This document shows, piece by piece, positions 19,942 to 28,994 of a stretch of DNA of 64,000 bases. The DNA is from Desulfomonilia bacterium (GTDB lineage: Bacteria > Desulfobacterota > Desulfomonilia > UBA1062), in assembly GCA_963664325.2 (NCBI GenBank), contig CAXXDQ010000007.1, forward strand, positions 672,001 through 736,000. The letters are read 5' to 3'. A model generated the notes under the pieces. It did not search any database. It saw only the letters and a program-made list of their open reading frames with translations, and had not been told where the DNA came from. Both the position numbers and the translations under genes were made by a program. Positions within the stretch are counted from its first letter, which is position 1; the number at the start of each line of letters is the position of its first letter.

Positions 19942-20433
19942 TTATTCCCAAATCCCCTGCGTCATTTCACCGCATGAAACTGGTTCGAAAGAATCAAAAG
20001 AAATGTCCCTGACCGTTTGCATATCCTTCCACAGCAGGTCATGTCCTTTTGTCCCGCGGGCAAGCTTTACATGATCCTGCCACATTAAAATTTCGCTTTC
20101 TGTCGCCTTTCTCTTTTTCCCGGCTGAACCCATGAGCCTTACGGCGGGAGGCGCCGCAAATCTTCCTGCAAAAAGCGATTGCTGCCAGAATGCCAGATTG
20201 TTGTTTACCACGAGGATGCAGACCCTGGAGGTCCGCTTGATATTTTTTGACAGGCTGACAGGAAACTCGTCGAAGAAGAAACCCGTCTTATCATCACGGA
20301 GAAACAGGGCCCCGATAGGTGTTATATGGGGAGTGCCGTCTTCGTTAACGGTTGCGACAGCAAAATACAGAGAATTGCCCCTGCTCTCCCTGAACAAGGC
20401 CTGTATCGTTTCCCAGTTATTACCGATTTCCAT
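19942..20433 (-). CDS. pyridoxamine 5'-phosphate oxidase-like FMN-binding protein
   Basis: VATVNEDGTPHITPIG split-barrel motif; AGGAGG RBS. Confidence 0.8.
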   Translation of the reverse strand: MEIGNNWETIQALFRESRGNSLYFAVATVNEDGTPHITPIGALFLRDDKTGFFFDEFPVSLSKNIKRTSRVCILVVNNNLAFWQQSLFAGRFAAPPAVRLMGSAGKKRKATESEILMWQDHVKLARGTKGHDLLWKDMQTVRDISFDSFEPVSCGEMTQGIWE

Positions 20434-20801
20434 AACTCACCTCCTGTTGATCTGTCACATTTAAAGACCTGCAACCAATCCCGGAATTACAGGTAAGGAA
20501 TCCAGGGCTCCAGCCGGTCAGGTTTATTTTTATCTCCGTTAAAACAAGTTATTATAACGGCTGTAAAGAGACAATAGCATATATGTCCCGCATAAACAAC
20601 GCAGCAGGGCATTTTCACAGACAGCCGGCCAGAGTCTGGCGTTTCTTATAATCGACTGGCTGCCTTGTAATAATCCTGTTCCGTCTCAAGGAAAAACTTC
20701 CGCAGGAAAGCCCCGTTTCCACTGGATTTAAACTTTTCTATCCAATATAATTCCAATCACCTAAATTTTTAACCGGATCGACAGCAGAAAGGAGGTTTCC
20801 A

Positions 20802-21788
20802 GTGACGTTACCTAAAAGTGAAGCCAGAACATTCGGGAAACAAGCGTGGGATACCGGAAAATTCACAGTGCAGATGTCATTCGCCGGAAACTCAGGCGCC
20901 ATGAAGATGATGGCTCTTCTGGCATTGATTGCGTTCATCATGTTTGCGGCCGGCTGCGGGGGCGGCAAATACTACAAGATCACCCAGACCGAAACGGGCA
21001 AAACCTATTATTCAAAAGAAGTGAAAATGAAGAAAGACGGCATGGTCATTTTCAATGTCGCAGGGACCGACAAGGAAATGAAACTGAACAAGGCCAATGT
21101 CGAGACCATTTCCAAAAAGGAATTCATTGAAGGTCTGTCCTTTGGAACTTCCGCCGGGGCGCCGGTGCCTGACATATGCAGTTCCGCAACAGGTGTAAAC
21201 TTTGTCGTAACCAACAACTGCGGGACCACCCGGACCGTACTTGTCAGCAGCAATGAACAGCAGTATTCACCCGCCTGCCTGCAGAATATCGGGCCTGGGA
21301 AAACAACAAAAATCATCATGCTTCCAACAGACAACAACTATGCATTCTGGGTTGGGGATTACGGCTCGGCGACATTATGCGAGCTGACTCTCCAATCCAA
21401 CTGGCAGAGCTACAATATTTCCTTTAACCAGGGTTTCAATATAGGCATGACGCTTGTTGCACCTGTTGGAATGGTAGTCCCTAGGATCGTCGCAAAAACA
21501 AGCAAGGCTTATGGCGCATACCCACTGGAGGCAACGCTCCCGAAATGCTATACAGCACCCTGCTATCAGCCGAATTACGGGGCACCGCCGATGGGTGGAA
21601 CCTACCATCTGTATCTTTGCAACAGGCCTGAAGACAAGGCCAGCACGCCAGGGCCTTACGGGTGCAAACTGAACGGGTGCCCGCCGGATGGAGATATGAG
21701 CAAATGTCCGGACTGGCAATCGCTGCCATGTCAGGGGACTCCGAAACTGACGGGCGGGGATTGCGCAGAGTCGTGCCCCGGAACTTAG
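20802..21788 (+). CDS. lipoprotein: small N-terminal module plus thaumatin-like Cys-rich domain
   Basis: Lipobox AAGC; FVVTNNC...ATLCELTL...YNISFNQGFNIGM...AY...YHLYLC; strong AGGAGG before GTG 20802 (alternative start ATG 20901). Confidence 0.7.
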   Translation: MTLPKSEARTFGKQAWDTGKFTVQMSFAGNSGAMKMMALLALIAFIMFAAGCGGGKYYKITQTETGKTYYSKEVKMKKDGMVIFNVAGTDKEMKLNKANVETISKKEFIEGLSFGTSAGAPVPDICSSATGVNFVVTNNCGTTRTVLVSSNEQQYSPACLQNIGPGKTTKIIMLPTDNNYAFWVGDYGSATLCELTLQSNWQSYNISFNQGFNIGMTLVAPVGMVVPRIVAKTSKAYGAYPLEATLPKCYTAPCYQPNYGAPPMGGTYHLYLCNRPEDKASTPGPYGCKLNGCPPDGDMSKCPDWQSLPCQGTPKLTGGDCAESCPGT

Positions 21789-21795
21789 GCCCGGG

Positions 21796-22593
21796 ATGAA
21801 TCCGGTGAACGGCGCCATGAGAACCAGAATTATTGCTCTTCCGGTATTGCTGGCGTTCCTGTGGGCTTTGGCGGGCTGCGGGGGCGGAAACTATTACAAG
21901 GTCACCCAGAACGATACCGGCAGAATCTATTATTCAAAAGATGTCAAAATGAGGGACGACGGCAGGGTGGTTTTCAATGAAGAAGGCAGCGGCAAAAAGG
22001 TAAAGCTGGAAAAAGCCAGTGTCCAGACCGTTTCCAGAGAGGAATTCAACTATGCCCTGTCCAGCAGCATTTATATCGACAATCAGATCGCCAAAAGCAG
22101 CGCCTCTCCCTGTATATACGCAAGATCAGATGGAGTCGTGTCGTTGTTTAACCCCAACCGTCTTGATTTGAGCCCGGGCAAGACCGGGCCTTATACAATT
22201 CCGGGCGGGCAGTTCGGTTTGCAGGTAAACTTCTGGTACTGGGCCCAGGACCGGTACATGAATCATGCCGTCGGCACATGGGACTGCTCGGATATCGGAA
22301 AGGGCACATGCAATAATCCCGACAACTCGGGAGGACAGTTCGTCATGGGAAAGAACTGCACAATTGCATCGATGAGCCCGCCCGTGTTCGGGGTCGGCAA
22401 GGAGACATACATCATAGCCGACATCTCGGCCGGGATGGACGGCGGCGGCCACTGCGTGGTCACCATCAAACCGAATCAGCATACCTCATGCGTTACCCCG
22501 GGATGCTGCGACTACGGCCTGTCGTCGCAGGGCAAGTGCAAAGAGGGTTCGCAGGGATCGTATGGTCCGGGATGCAAGTCGCCGCCACCCTGA
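21796..22593 (+). CDS. lipoprotein paralog with same N-terminal module and unrelated Cys-rich C-terminus
   Basis: Lipobox LAGC; 36/62 identities to the upstream protein after the lipidated Cys (counted by eye); 10 Cys in C-terminal part. Confidence 0.75.
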   Translation: MNPVNGAMRTRIIALPVLLAFLWALAGCGGGNYYKVTQNDTGRIYYSKDVKMRDDGRVVFNEEGSGKKVKLEKASVQTVSREEFNYALSSSIYIDNQIAKSSASPCIYARSDGVVSLFNPNRLDLSPGKTGPYTIPGGQFGLQVNFWYWAQDRYMNHAVGTWDCSDIGKGTCNNPDNSGGQFVMGKNCTIASMSPPVFGVGKETYIIADISAGMDGGGHCVVTIKPNQHTSCVTPGCCDYGLSSQGKCKEGSQGSYGPGCKSPPP

Positions 22594-22617
22594 GGCATAA
22601 GCGGACATCAGTTAGTA

Positions 22618-23649
22618 TCAGCCCGGAATTCCCCATGAACAATAATATCTTTTAATCGCGGTCACTGCCTTTAGCGTGATCCATTTGCTGGGCTTTCCCT
22701 TCTCTTCGACATCGGCTTGAAAACGGCCGTTGAATGTGCTCTCAAGCAGCCATCTCCCATTCCCGTCCTGCTTTGAAATTGTAAGATCGACGGCCTCCTG
22801 CATTCTCTCATCGCGGCATCCGAGCTTTGTCAGAATTCCGAGAATCTCCAGGACGTCCGTCTGATACATCAGCGGGAAACCGAACTTTGTCCATCCGGGC
22901 CTGGATATTTTTGCAGGGTTGCTGCTCCTTTTATGGATGCGGTGCTTCAGCAGGTATTCTGCGCCCCTTTCGATTGCGGCTTTTGCTTCTGGAGTTCTCA
23001 TGCCGCCGGGTATTTCAGAAAGCGCCTTCATCGCCTTGACAACGCCCATGTGGCACGTGTGCCTTCCCCAGCACATCTCGTATTTGTCGTATGGCCAGCC
23101 CTGAGGTGGATTAGCAGTCCTGTCGTCGAACCTCTGATACCGCGTGATCCATTCGATTCCATGGCGAACTCTCGGGTCATTTAAATATCCCAATCTGATA
23201 AGGCTCCACACCATGTTTCCGGTCAGGCAGGGAATTACCTCGCTGTGTCTTCCCCCGCCAGTCTTTGCGGCGCGATGCATTGAAAACCCGCCGCTGCCCC
23301 TGTCCTGTGAGTTTTCGATGATGAACTCGCAAGCGCTTTTGATCCGCTCGTCTTCCGGATCGGCCATGAGCTCCGCAAGTATGATCAGCTGCCAGACGCT
23401 CCCCTTGTATTTGGCCGTGTAAAAACTGTCGGGCTTGTCCCAGTATCCGCCTTTCTCCTGCCTCGCCAATATCTTGGGGGCAATGCCGGTTTTCATGATA
23501 TCGGCCTTTGCTTTTTTTACTTCGGGGTCCGTGGCAGACATTCCGAGCAGATCCGTCACGGTCAGGAATCTTACTGAAGGATTATCTTCTTCCAAAAGCC
23601 AATCCGTGGGATCGGCCTTTAAATACTTTTCCCATTCGCTGCAACTCAT
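22618..23649 (-). CDS. prenyltransferase/squalene-cyclase repeat (alpha/alpha toroid) protein
   Basis: QxxxGxW repeats (QEKGGYW, QDGNGRW), KFGFPLMYQTD, PSKWIT. Confidence 0.7.
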   Translation of the reverse strand: MSCSEWEKYLKADPTDWLLEEDNPSVRFLTVTDLLGMSATDPEVKKAKADIMKTGIAPKILARQEKGGYWDKPDSFYTAKYKGSVWQLIILAELMADPEDERIKSACEFIIENSQDRGSGGFSMHRAAKTGGGRHSEVIPCLTGNMVWSLIRLGYLNDPRVRHGIEWITRYQRFDDRTANPPQGWPYDKYEMCWGRHTCHMGVVKAMKALSEIPGGMRTPEAKAAIERGAEYLLKHRIHKRSSNPAKISRPGWTKFGFPLMYQTDVLEILGILTKLGCRDERMQEAVDLTISKQDGNGRWLLESTFNGRFQADVEEKGKPSKWITLKAVTAIKRYYCSWGIPG

Positions 23650-24104
23650 TCAGCCGCTTTTTCCCCGGCAAGGATTCTTCTTTTCATTGCAAGAAGTTTC
23701 CTGATGTCTGCAAGGGTCGTTTCTTTATCGGCATGCAATTTAAGCCATTTCCCGTCGTGGTAGGTCTTTGCGTCGTCATATGATCTCATTGTCAAAGCGG
23801 ATATTTCTTTTCTGATCGTCTCCACCTTCAGCCTTTCATCGGCGCCGAAAACAATGAGAACCACAAGCCTGCCTTTTTCAGGAATGAGCGTGCAGAAGGA
23901 CTTGCTCTTTTTGTACCTCAGCGACCACCCGTGCTTTTTCCCGCCATATAGCCATTCCGGGTTGAAAATGCCAGGATAGCTCCGGCTTATCCAAACAGAC
24001 ATTTCAAGCCAGTATTTGTAAGCTTTCCTCCCCAGCCACGCCTCGATAACTTCGGGCGTCGGCGGTGTCCCCGGCCCGGTCAGGCGCACGGCATCGTCAC
24101 TCAT
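23646..24104 (-). CDS. DUF3788-like protein
   Basis: GWSLRYKKSKSFCTLIP...YHDGKWL. Confidence 0.75.
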   Translation of the reverse strand: MSDDAVRLTGPGTPPTPEVIEAWLGRKAYKYWLEMSVWISRSYPGIFNPEWLYGGKKHGWSLRYKKSKSFCTLIPEKGRLVVLIVFGADERLKVETIRKEISALTMRSYDDAKTYHDGKWLKLHADKETTLADIRKLLAMKRRILAGEKAAE

Positions 24105-24116
24105 GTCATCCCCTTA

Positions 24117-24587
24117 TCAGCTTTTGAGATCGCAGGCCATAGGCACGAATATGATGCCGTTCTTCTTCTGTGCAGGTCCGGTTGGCATGAATCCCATCCT
24201 TGAATAAACGGGCTCGGCGAACGGCGACGAATTGACGGTAATCGTTTTTATGTCAGGACGTCTTTTCAAGCAAACCTTTACGGCCCTTTTAAACAGCCCC
24301 TTTGCAATCCCCTCGCCCTGATTGCCGACAAAAAGCATCGCTATATGGTTGGTGGAGCGCATCTCGATGACACCCACGATATCCGCCCCCTTTTCAGCCA
24401 CTATGGCGACCTGTTCGGGCCCCCTGCGTCCGGCCATGGCCGCCGGATTCGCGAACTTGAAGAATTCATCGACGCCTTCCTGCCCGTAATCCGGCGCAAC
24501 AAATTCGTTGAACACCTTCTCGATCAGGGCACATGCCCTTCCCTCTTCCCCCTTCTTCATGAACCTATATTTAATGTCCATGTCCAT
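24117..24587 (-). CDS. GNAT N-acetyltransferase
   Basis: HIAMLFV..QGEGIAK, TVNSSPFAEPVYSRMGF. Confidence 0.88.
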   Translation of the reverse strand: MDMDIKYRFMKKGEEGRACALIEKVFNEFVAPDYGQEGVDEFFKFANPAAMAGRRGPEQVAIVAEKGADIVGVIEMRSTNHIAMLFVGNQGEGIAKGLFKRAVKVCLKRRPDIKTITVNSSPFAEPVYSRMGFMPTGPAQKKNGIIFVPMACDLKS

Positions 24588-24641
24588 TCCTTAAATACAG
24601 CCAAGCTAATTATTTATGAGCGTCCCTTCCTGTTCTCTCTT

Positions 24642-25256
24642 TTAAAACTGTGCGTTTACTATCGGGAGAAACGGGATTTTTCCTTTCTCTATGACATTGA
24701 CCAGTCCGATTTGTATGCCCTTCAACTCAATGCAGTAGTTGACGAGACCGATCTGAAGACCCTGCATTGATTCAGCCTGATTATAAATTACGCATGCCTG
24801 CAATCCTTTAACGTTCTTTGCGACGTTGACGCCCAGCAACAGACCCGATACCTGTGCGCCTGTCACATCACCGGCATAGTTGATGCCGGCAACCATTCCC
24901 GAAACCTGGATCCCGACGGTTTTGCCGTCAGCAATATTGACCCCTCCGAAAAAGCCGGCCAGCTGCAATCCGGAAAGCTCTTTTGTGATATTTACCCCGC
25001 CGAACGGGTATGCGCCTATTTGCGCACCTTTGAACCTGTTCGTGACCTGGTTGGCTACCCCGATATCAAGGCCGCTGACATTCTCGTTTAATCCATAAAG
25101 GAGGTTGATCCTTAGTCCCCGGACATCCGTCTTTTCAGGAAACACCTGTACCGGATTGACAAGTGCCAGCTGGACGGGCGTCCAATCTGACCCGTAAGCC
25201 GACGAGAATGCAGCGAAAGTAAGCACCATAAATATAAAAACCAGTATTTTTTTCAT
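24642..25256 (-). CDS. secreted GxQ(I/L)G repeat protein (LA_2272-like)
   Basis: Signal peptide, ~15-18 aa GxQxG..N repeats, C-terminal FLPIVNAQF. Confidence 0.7.
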   Translation of the reverse strand: MKKILVFIFMVLTFAAFSSAYGSDWTPVQLALVNPVQVFPEKTDVRGLRINLLYGLNENVSGLDIGVANQVTNRFKGAQIGAYPFGGVNITKELSGLQLAGFFGGVNIADGKTVGIQVSGMVAGINYAGDVTGAQVSGLLLGVNVAKNVKGLQACVIYNQAESMQGLQIGLVNYCIELKGIQIGLVNVIEKGKIPFLPIVNAQF

Positions 25257-25436
25257 ACGCGTCTCCCATTCATTATTTCATCCCTTGTCTTTCTATATCA
25301 GGATTTGCCGTAAGACAGTAGCTGTTTCAGTAGGTGTAAAGTTCGGGTCTGAACAATGGATGATCATAACTTTACCAATGCTGCGGCCTTACTTGTTAAT
25401 GCTCATTCGACTGTCTTCCGGCCGAGTTTTCCCGAT

Positions 25437-25838
25437 TCAATCTTTCCAGTCTTCGATCTTCAAGTTGCTGATTCTGGAGAATTCACTTGTATTATTGGTT
25501 ACAAGGGTGAGGTCTCTAGCCATTGCCTGTGCGGCGATCAGCATGTCATAAGGCCCGATAAGCTTCCCTTCCCTTTTCAATTGGGCCCGTATAACGCCGA
25601 AATATTCCGCATCGATACCATCGAAATCAATTAGCTCGAAAGGCGCCAGGAGCTCTGTCAGTGATATCCTGTTTTTCTCAATATTCCGGCTGTTGTAGAC
25701 ACCGAACTGCAATTCAGCAACCGTTATGCTGGAGATACATACGTTGTCCTCTATAACGCTCTCAAGCCTTTTAAGCACATTGAGAGGTTTCCTGTTTATT
25801 ATGTAAATGCAGATGTTTGTATCTAGCAGATACATCAC
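25437..25838 (-). CDS. vapC: VapC PIN-domain toxin
   Basis: YLLDTNICI, ITVAEL, DMLIAAQA, VTNNTSEF. Confidence 0.93.
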   Translation of the reverse strand: MMYLLDTNICIYIINRKPLNVLKRLESVIEDNVCISSITVAELQFGVYNSRNIEKNRISLTELLAPFELIDFDGIDAEYFGVIRAQLKREGKLIGPYDMLIAAQAMARDLTLVTNNTSEFSRISNLKIEDWKD

Positions 25839-26065
25839 AGACCTTTTCTTTTCTGCATTCCGGGCTGCTTTCTTCCATCCTCCATGAAATCGCCGGTAAA
25901 GCTGTCAAGCCCGTGAAGGAATGTTTCCCAAACCTTGTCTCTTGGAAATATGATTACCGCATCCCCTACTTTCTGAACCAGTACGTCATTTCCTTCGAAC
26001 TTGCATTCTTTAGGCAAACGCACCGCCTGGCTGCGCCCGTTCTGAAATAATTTCGCTGTCAGCAT
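25835..26065 (-). CDS. vapB: VapB (AbrB/MazE-type) antitoxin
   Basis: AKLFQNGRSQAVRLPKE; GGAGG RBS; 4-nt overlap with vapC. Confidence 0.93.
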   Translation of the reverse strand: MLTAKLFQNGRSQAVRLPKECKFEGNDVLVQKVGDAVIIFPRDKVWETFLHGLDSFTGDFMEDGRKQPGMQKRKGL

Positions 26066-26081
26066 ATCCACCTCCGGTTTG

Positions 26082-26110
26082 GATATATACCTCGGTATAT
26101 ATCTTGTCAA
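26082..26110 (-). promoter_or_regulatory. vapBC promoter with autoregulatory operator
   Basis: Perfect 10-bp inverted repeat GATATATACC-TC-GGTATATATC directly next to a minus-strand TTGACA. Confidence 0.8.
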
Positions 26111-26412
26111 TACAAACACCACGGCTTGCCTTACGAGTAAAGCAAGAATTGAATCTTGCTGGTTCAAAAACCTCAATGCGTCATAACAAGATATTTTTTT
26201 GCAGTTTTGCCAGAAAGGCTTTTAGTGCAAATTTGAGGAAGAGACCTAAAAATTTATTTGCAGGTTTAAGTTATGTAGTTAGGAACGTTCCTACATTGCT
26301 TCCCAAATAGAGTAGAGTATGGACCAAAATGTGTAAGGCCTTGAAATGCGCTCAATGTCTACATCCCGGGAGAAACTTACTTCTTCTTCAGGAACTGCCT
26401 TTTAGATGATTA

Positions 26413-26463
26413 TCAGGCCTTGAAATGGGACAATTGGTTGATTTGTCAAGGTTAAAGGCCTGA
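26413..26463. repeat. REP-like imperfect hairpin
   Basis: TCAGGCCTT...GACAA / TTGTC...AAGGCCTGA; AGGCCTTGAAATG also at 26336; AAGGTCTGACCC at 26507. Confidence 0.55.
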
Positions 26464-26535
26464 CACCTTTAGGTCTGTTGGGGAAAGGTCAAGTACCGTT
26501 CACGTCAAGGTCTGACCCGTTTGGTTCTTGAGTTA

Positions 26536-27558
26536 TCATGAATCTAACTTTATTTTAATTTGAGTATTCTTGCTATATATCTTTACCTGTAGCCAAGATT
26601 CTAAACTACTACATTTTTTTTCTAAATCATTAATGTTTAGCTTCGAACCAGATGCAACAGATAATTTTATTTCGTCTTTGGAACAGTCAAACAAAATATT
26701 CTTTAATATTTTTAAATTGGAGTATCCTTTAGCACCATATAGTTTTATTGGGTCAATTGTATCGACTAATCCAAGTAAAAATAAAAGAGGAGCCTCTTCT
26801 GAAGAAATAGGCATGTGATTAATTAAGCAATCAAGATTATATCCCTCATAAATTTTCTTCATATTACTACCAGCAAACCATATATTATGAGTTGCAATGG
26901 TAGCTCCTGCTAAGGCATATTCGTCGTCTAAATCATCTCCCCAGTAGAAAACATTATCATTTCCATTCCTTCGAAAAAGTCTATTTTTTACAAGCATGTC
27001 ATATAAGTACATCCCAGCGACTATTCCATGATCAATTTCTTTGCGTTCAGTTAGTTTATATAAAAAATAGTTGCTGATATTCTTATAAAGATCTTTTGGA
27101 ATGTTATTAGGATTTTTATCTAATAAATAATGTTCTACTTCAAAATATCTTCTAAGACTATCAATATCCTTTATTTTTGATGAATATTTTCTACTATTCT
27201 TTTCATAATCGTACCCAAAATCATGAAAAAGACAAGTTAGAAACCACAGAAATGGAAAATCAATTCTATTCAGGTTTCTTCCCCCACACATTTTTTGTTT
27301 AATTATTGAGTTATGATAAATAAGTATGCCAATAAAAAAAATGGAAACTGTATGTTTACTTCTATGCAAAAGGCTATTCTTGATAGTAAAATATTCTTTA
27401 AAAATACCCCCTTTCCCTCCTCTTTTAAAATAGTTTTTTATAAATTCTCCTTGATTACTGTTTTTTAAGATTGGGTTATCTAAACTAATAGAAGGGTTAT
27501 AATAGTAATTCCATTGGTTCGATGGAATTTCACTGATTCTATCAAAAAGACTTTTCAT
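26536..27558 (-). CDS. HD-domain phosphohydrolase-like protein (AT-rich)
   Basis: HRSKH, LFHDFG, DHG, ATHN, LVDTID metal-ligand pattern. Confidence 0.7.
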   Translation of the reverse strand: MKSLFDRISEIPSNQWNYYYNPSISLDNPILKNSNQGEFIKNYFKRGGKGGIFKEYFTIKNSLLHRSKHTVSIFFIGILIYHNSIIKQKMCGGRNLNRIDFPFLWFLTCLFHDFGYDYEKNSRKYSSKIKDIDSLRRYFEVEHYLLDKNPNNIPKDLYKNISNYFLYKLTERKEIDHGIVAGMYLYDMLVKNRLFRRNGNDNVFYWGDDLDDEYALAGATIATHNIWFAGSNMKKIYEGYNLDCLINHMPISSEEAPLLFLLGLVDTIDPIKLYGAKGYSNLKILKNILFDCSKDEIKLSVASGSKLNINDLEKKCSSLESWLQVKIYSKNTQIKIKLDS

Positions 27559-27625
27559 AATTTAATAGGATACCTTCAACTTCTTCCAATTAATTTAGTA
27601 AACTTTAAAACATAGAACCATAGGT

Positions 27626-27687
27626 GGCACTGATGCTTAAATTACTTATCTGCTAAAATTAATTAAGCTATATGTTTATCAATGCCC
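27626..27687. repeat. REP-like imperfect hairpin
   Basis: GGCACTGAT-GCTTAAATTA...TAATTAAGC...ATCAATGCC. Confidence 0.5.
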
Positions 27688-27702
27688 TTTCATTTCTCCC
27701 TG

Positions 27703-28605
27703 TTAGGACATTAGCGACGCTAAGGTCGGTAAATATGGAGCTACAATAGGACCAAATATCTGTATATGATCTGCCAAAAGCGAGATAAACTTTTGGTAGT
27801 GCTCCTTGAAACCTTCAGTACCCTGAGTTGACCTCATTTCTTCAACAGTCGCCGCAAATTTTGATATTATTGTTTTATCTTCACTAGATTCAGTCAGAGA
27901 GTTTAACAAGCCTGTAAACAATTTTTCATTTTCAGTTTTGCTTATTGCCTTCTGCTTTACGTTGGTGTTACCTGTGGCAACATTTTGCACATTCCCTGCA
28001 ATATAGGTATTAAATATTTGATGAACTTTTTCTTGTGGCACTGGATTTGAATTGACAGGAGCTTCACCAGCAGTGGGTGATTCTGTCTCGATTTCTAGTA
28101 CAAAATTTAAAACTCTATTTCTTACTGCATCAAGCGCTGCAACAATTGCAGATTTAGGAATAACTTTCCATGCCTGCATGCAGTTCATTCCTTCATATAT
28201 ATTTTGACCTACATACAAAACTAAATCTGGATTCCATTGTTCTTGAAGAGTACCAGTACCACTTTCGGAATCTCTTATAAGCGACTCCATAGAGGCTATA
28301 GGTTGAGTTAAATATGAATGGGATAGTTTCTTATGGAACTCTTTGGGAATGCAGGACAAAGGAATATCCGCATTACGTAACCCAGATTGAAATGGGCCAG
28401 AAAAATGTCCTTTGGAATTAACATTCAAAATACGATAATCCGGCAAGTTTTCAATATCGGCATATCCGCTTAATTCATTTTCCACCCATTGTTTAAACTC
28501 CGGGTTTCCTAAACGAGCTGCAAGGACTTTGCATTTCCTGAGCAATAACGCCAAATCTGTATTTGAATCAATCGCAGCATTCTGTATTTCTCGTAATAGA
28601 GACAT
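27703..28605 (-). CDS. AbiTii-domain protein
   Basis: N-terminus SLLREIQ..AID....LLRKCKVLAARL...FKQWVENELSGY.....LPDYR typical of AbiTii. Confidence 0.8.
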   Translation of the reverse strand: MSLLREIQNAAIDSNTDLALLLRKCKVLAARLGNPEFKQWVENELSGYADIENLPDYRILNVNSKGHFSGPFQSGLRNADIPLSCIPKEFHKKLSHSYLTQPIASMESLIRDSESGTGTLQEQWNPDLVLYVGQNIYEGMNCMQAWKVIPKSAIVAALDAVRNRVLNFVLEIETESPTAGEAPVNSNPVPQEKVHQIFNTYIAGNVQNVATGNTNVKQKAISKTENEKLFTGLLNSLTESSEDKTIISKFAATVEEMRSTQGTEGFKEHYQKFISLLADHIQIFGPIVAPYLPTLASLMS

Positions 28606-28641
28606 ATTATCTTTCCTTTAAGCTATATTATTTCTATATTG

Positions 28642-28704
28642 ATTATATGGAAACTTGAAAAGGAAACTCAAGTCAAGTTTCAAAACATATAGTAGTTCCA
28701 TAAT
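28642..28704. repeat. imperfect hairpin upstream of AbiTii gene
   Basis: ATTATATGGAAACTTGA...TCAAGTTTC...TTCCATAAT. Confidence 0.45.
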
Positions 28705-28994
28705 TGTCTTTATAAACAGAAGAGGAATTTCTCTTATTTTGACTTGAGAAATTGAATATAAGAACATGATATTTGTTTTCTCCCATTAATTACATCGGTT
28801 TCTAATAAAATAAATGCAACTATCGGTTGTGAAGCCTCTTGCAGGGCGGCAGAACAAATTTTATCTACGCCTTCGGCTTTAGCAGCCAAACAAGATGTTT
28901 GTGATCCCATTTTCGCATCATAAAAATTTACGAATCGAAGATGCGCCTGTATCGAAACAATTCAAAGGCATTTAATAATCTCAAACAGTGAATT

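Noticed and set aside
24700-25100. Repetitive DNA in the GxQxG protein as a possible diversity-generating or repeat element
   Set aside because: Repeats are degenerate and at protein level only; no reverse transcriptase or template/variable repeat pair.
22618-28760. Classical integron / attC array
   Set aside because: No intI in the window, and I could not find paired RYYYAAC...GTTRRRY boxes after the stop codons; reported instead as a non-attC array hypothesis.
28735-28970. Possible short ORFs between AbiTii and asnB
   Set aside because: Under 60 aa with no RBS or recognisable motif.
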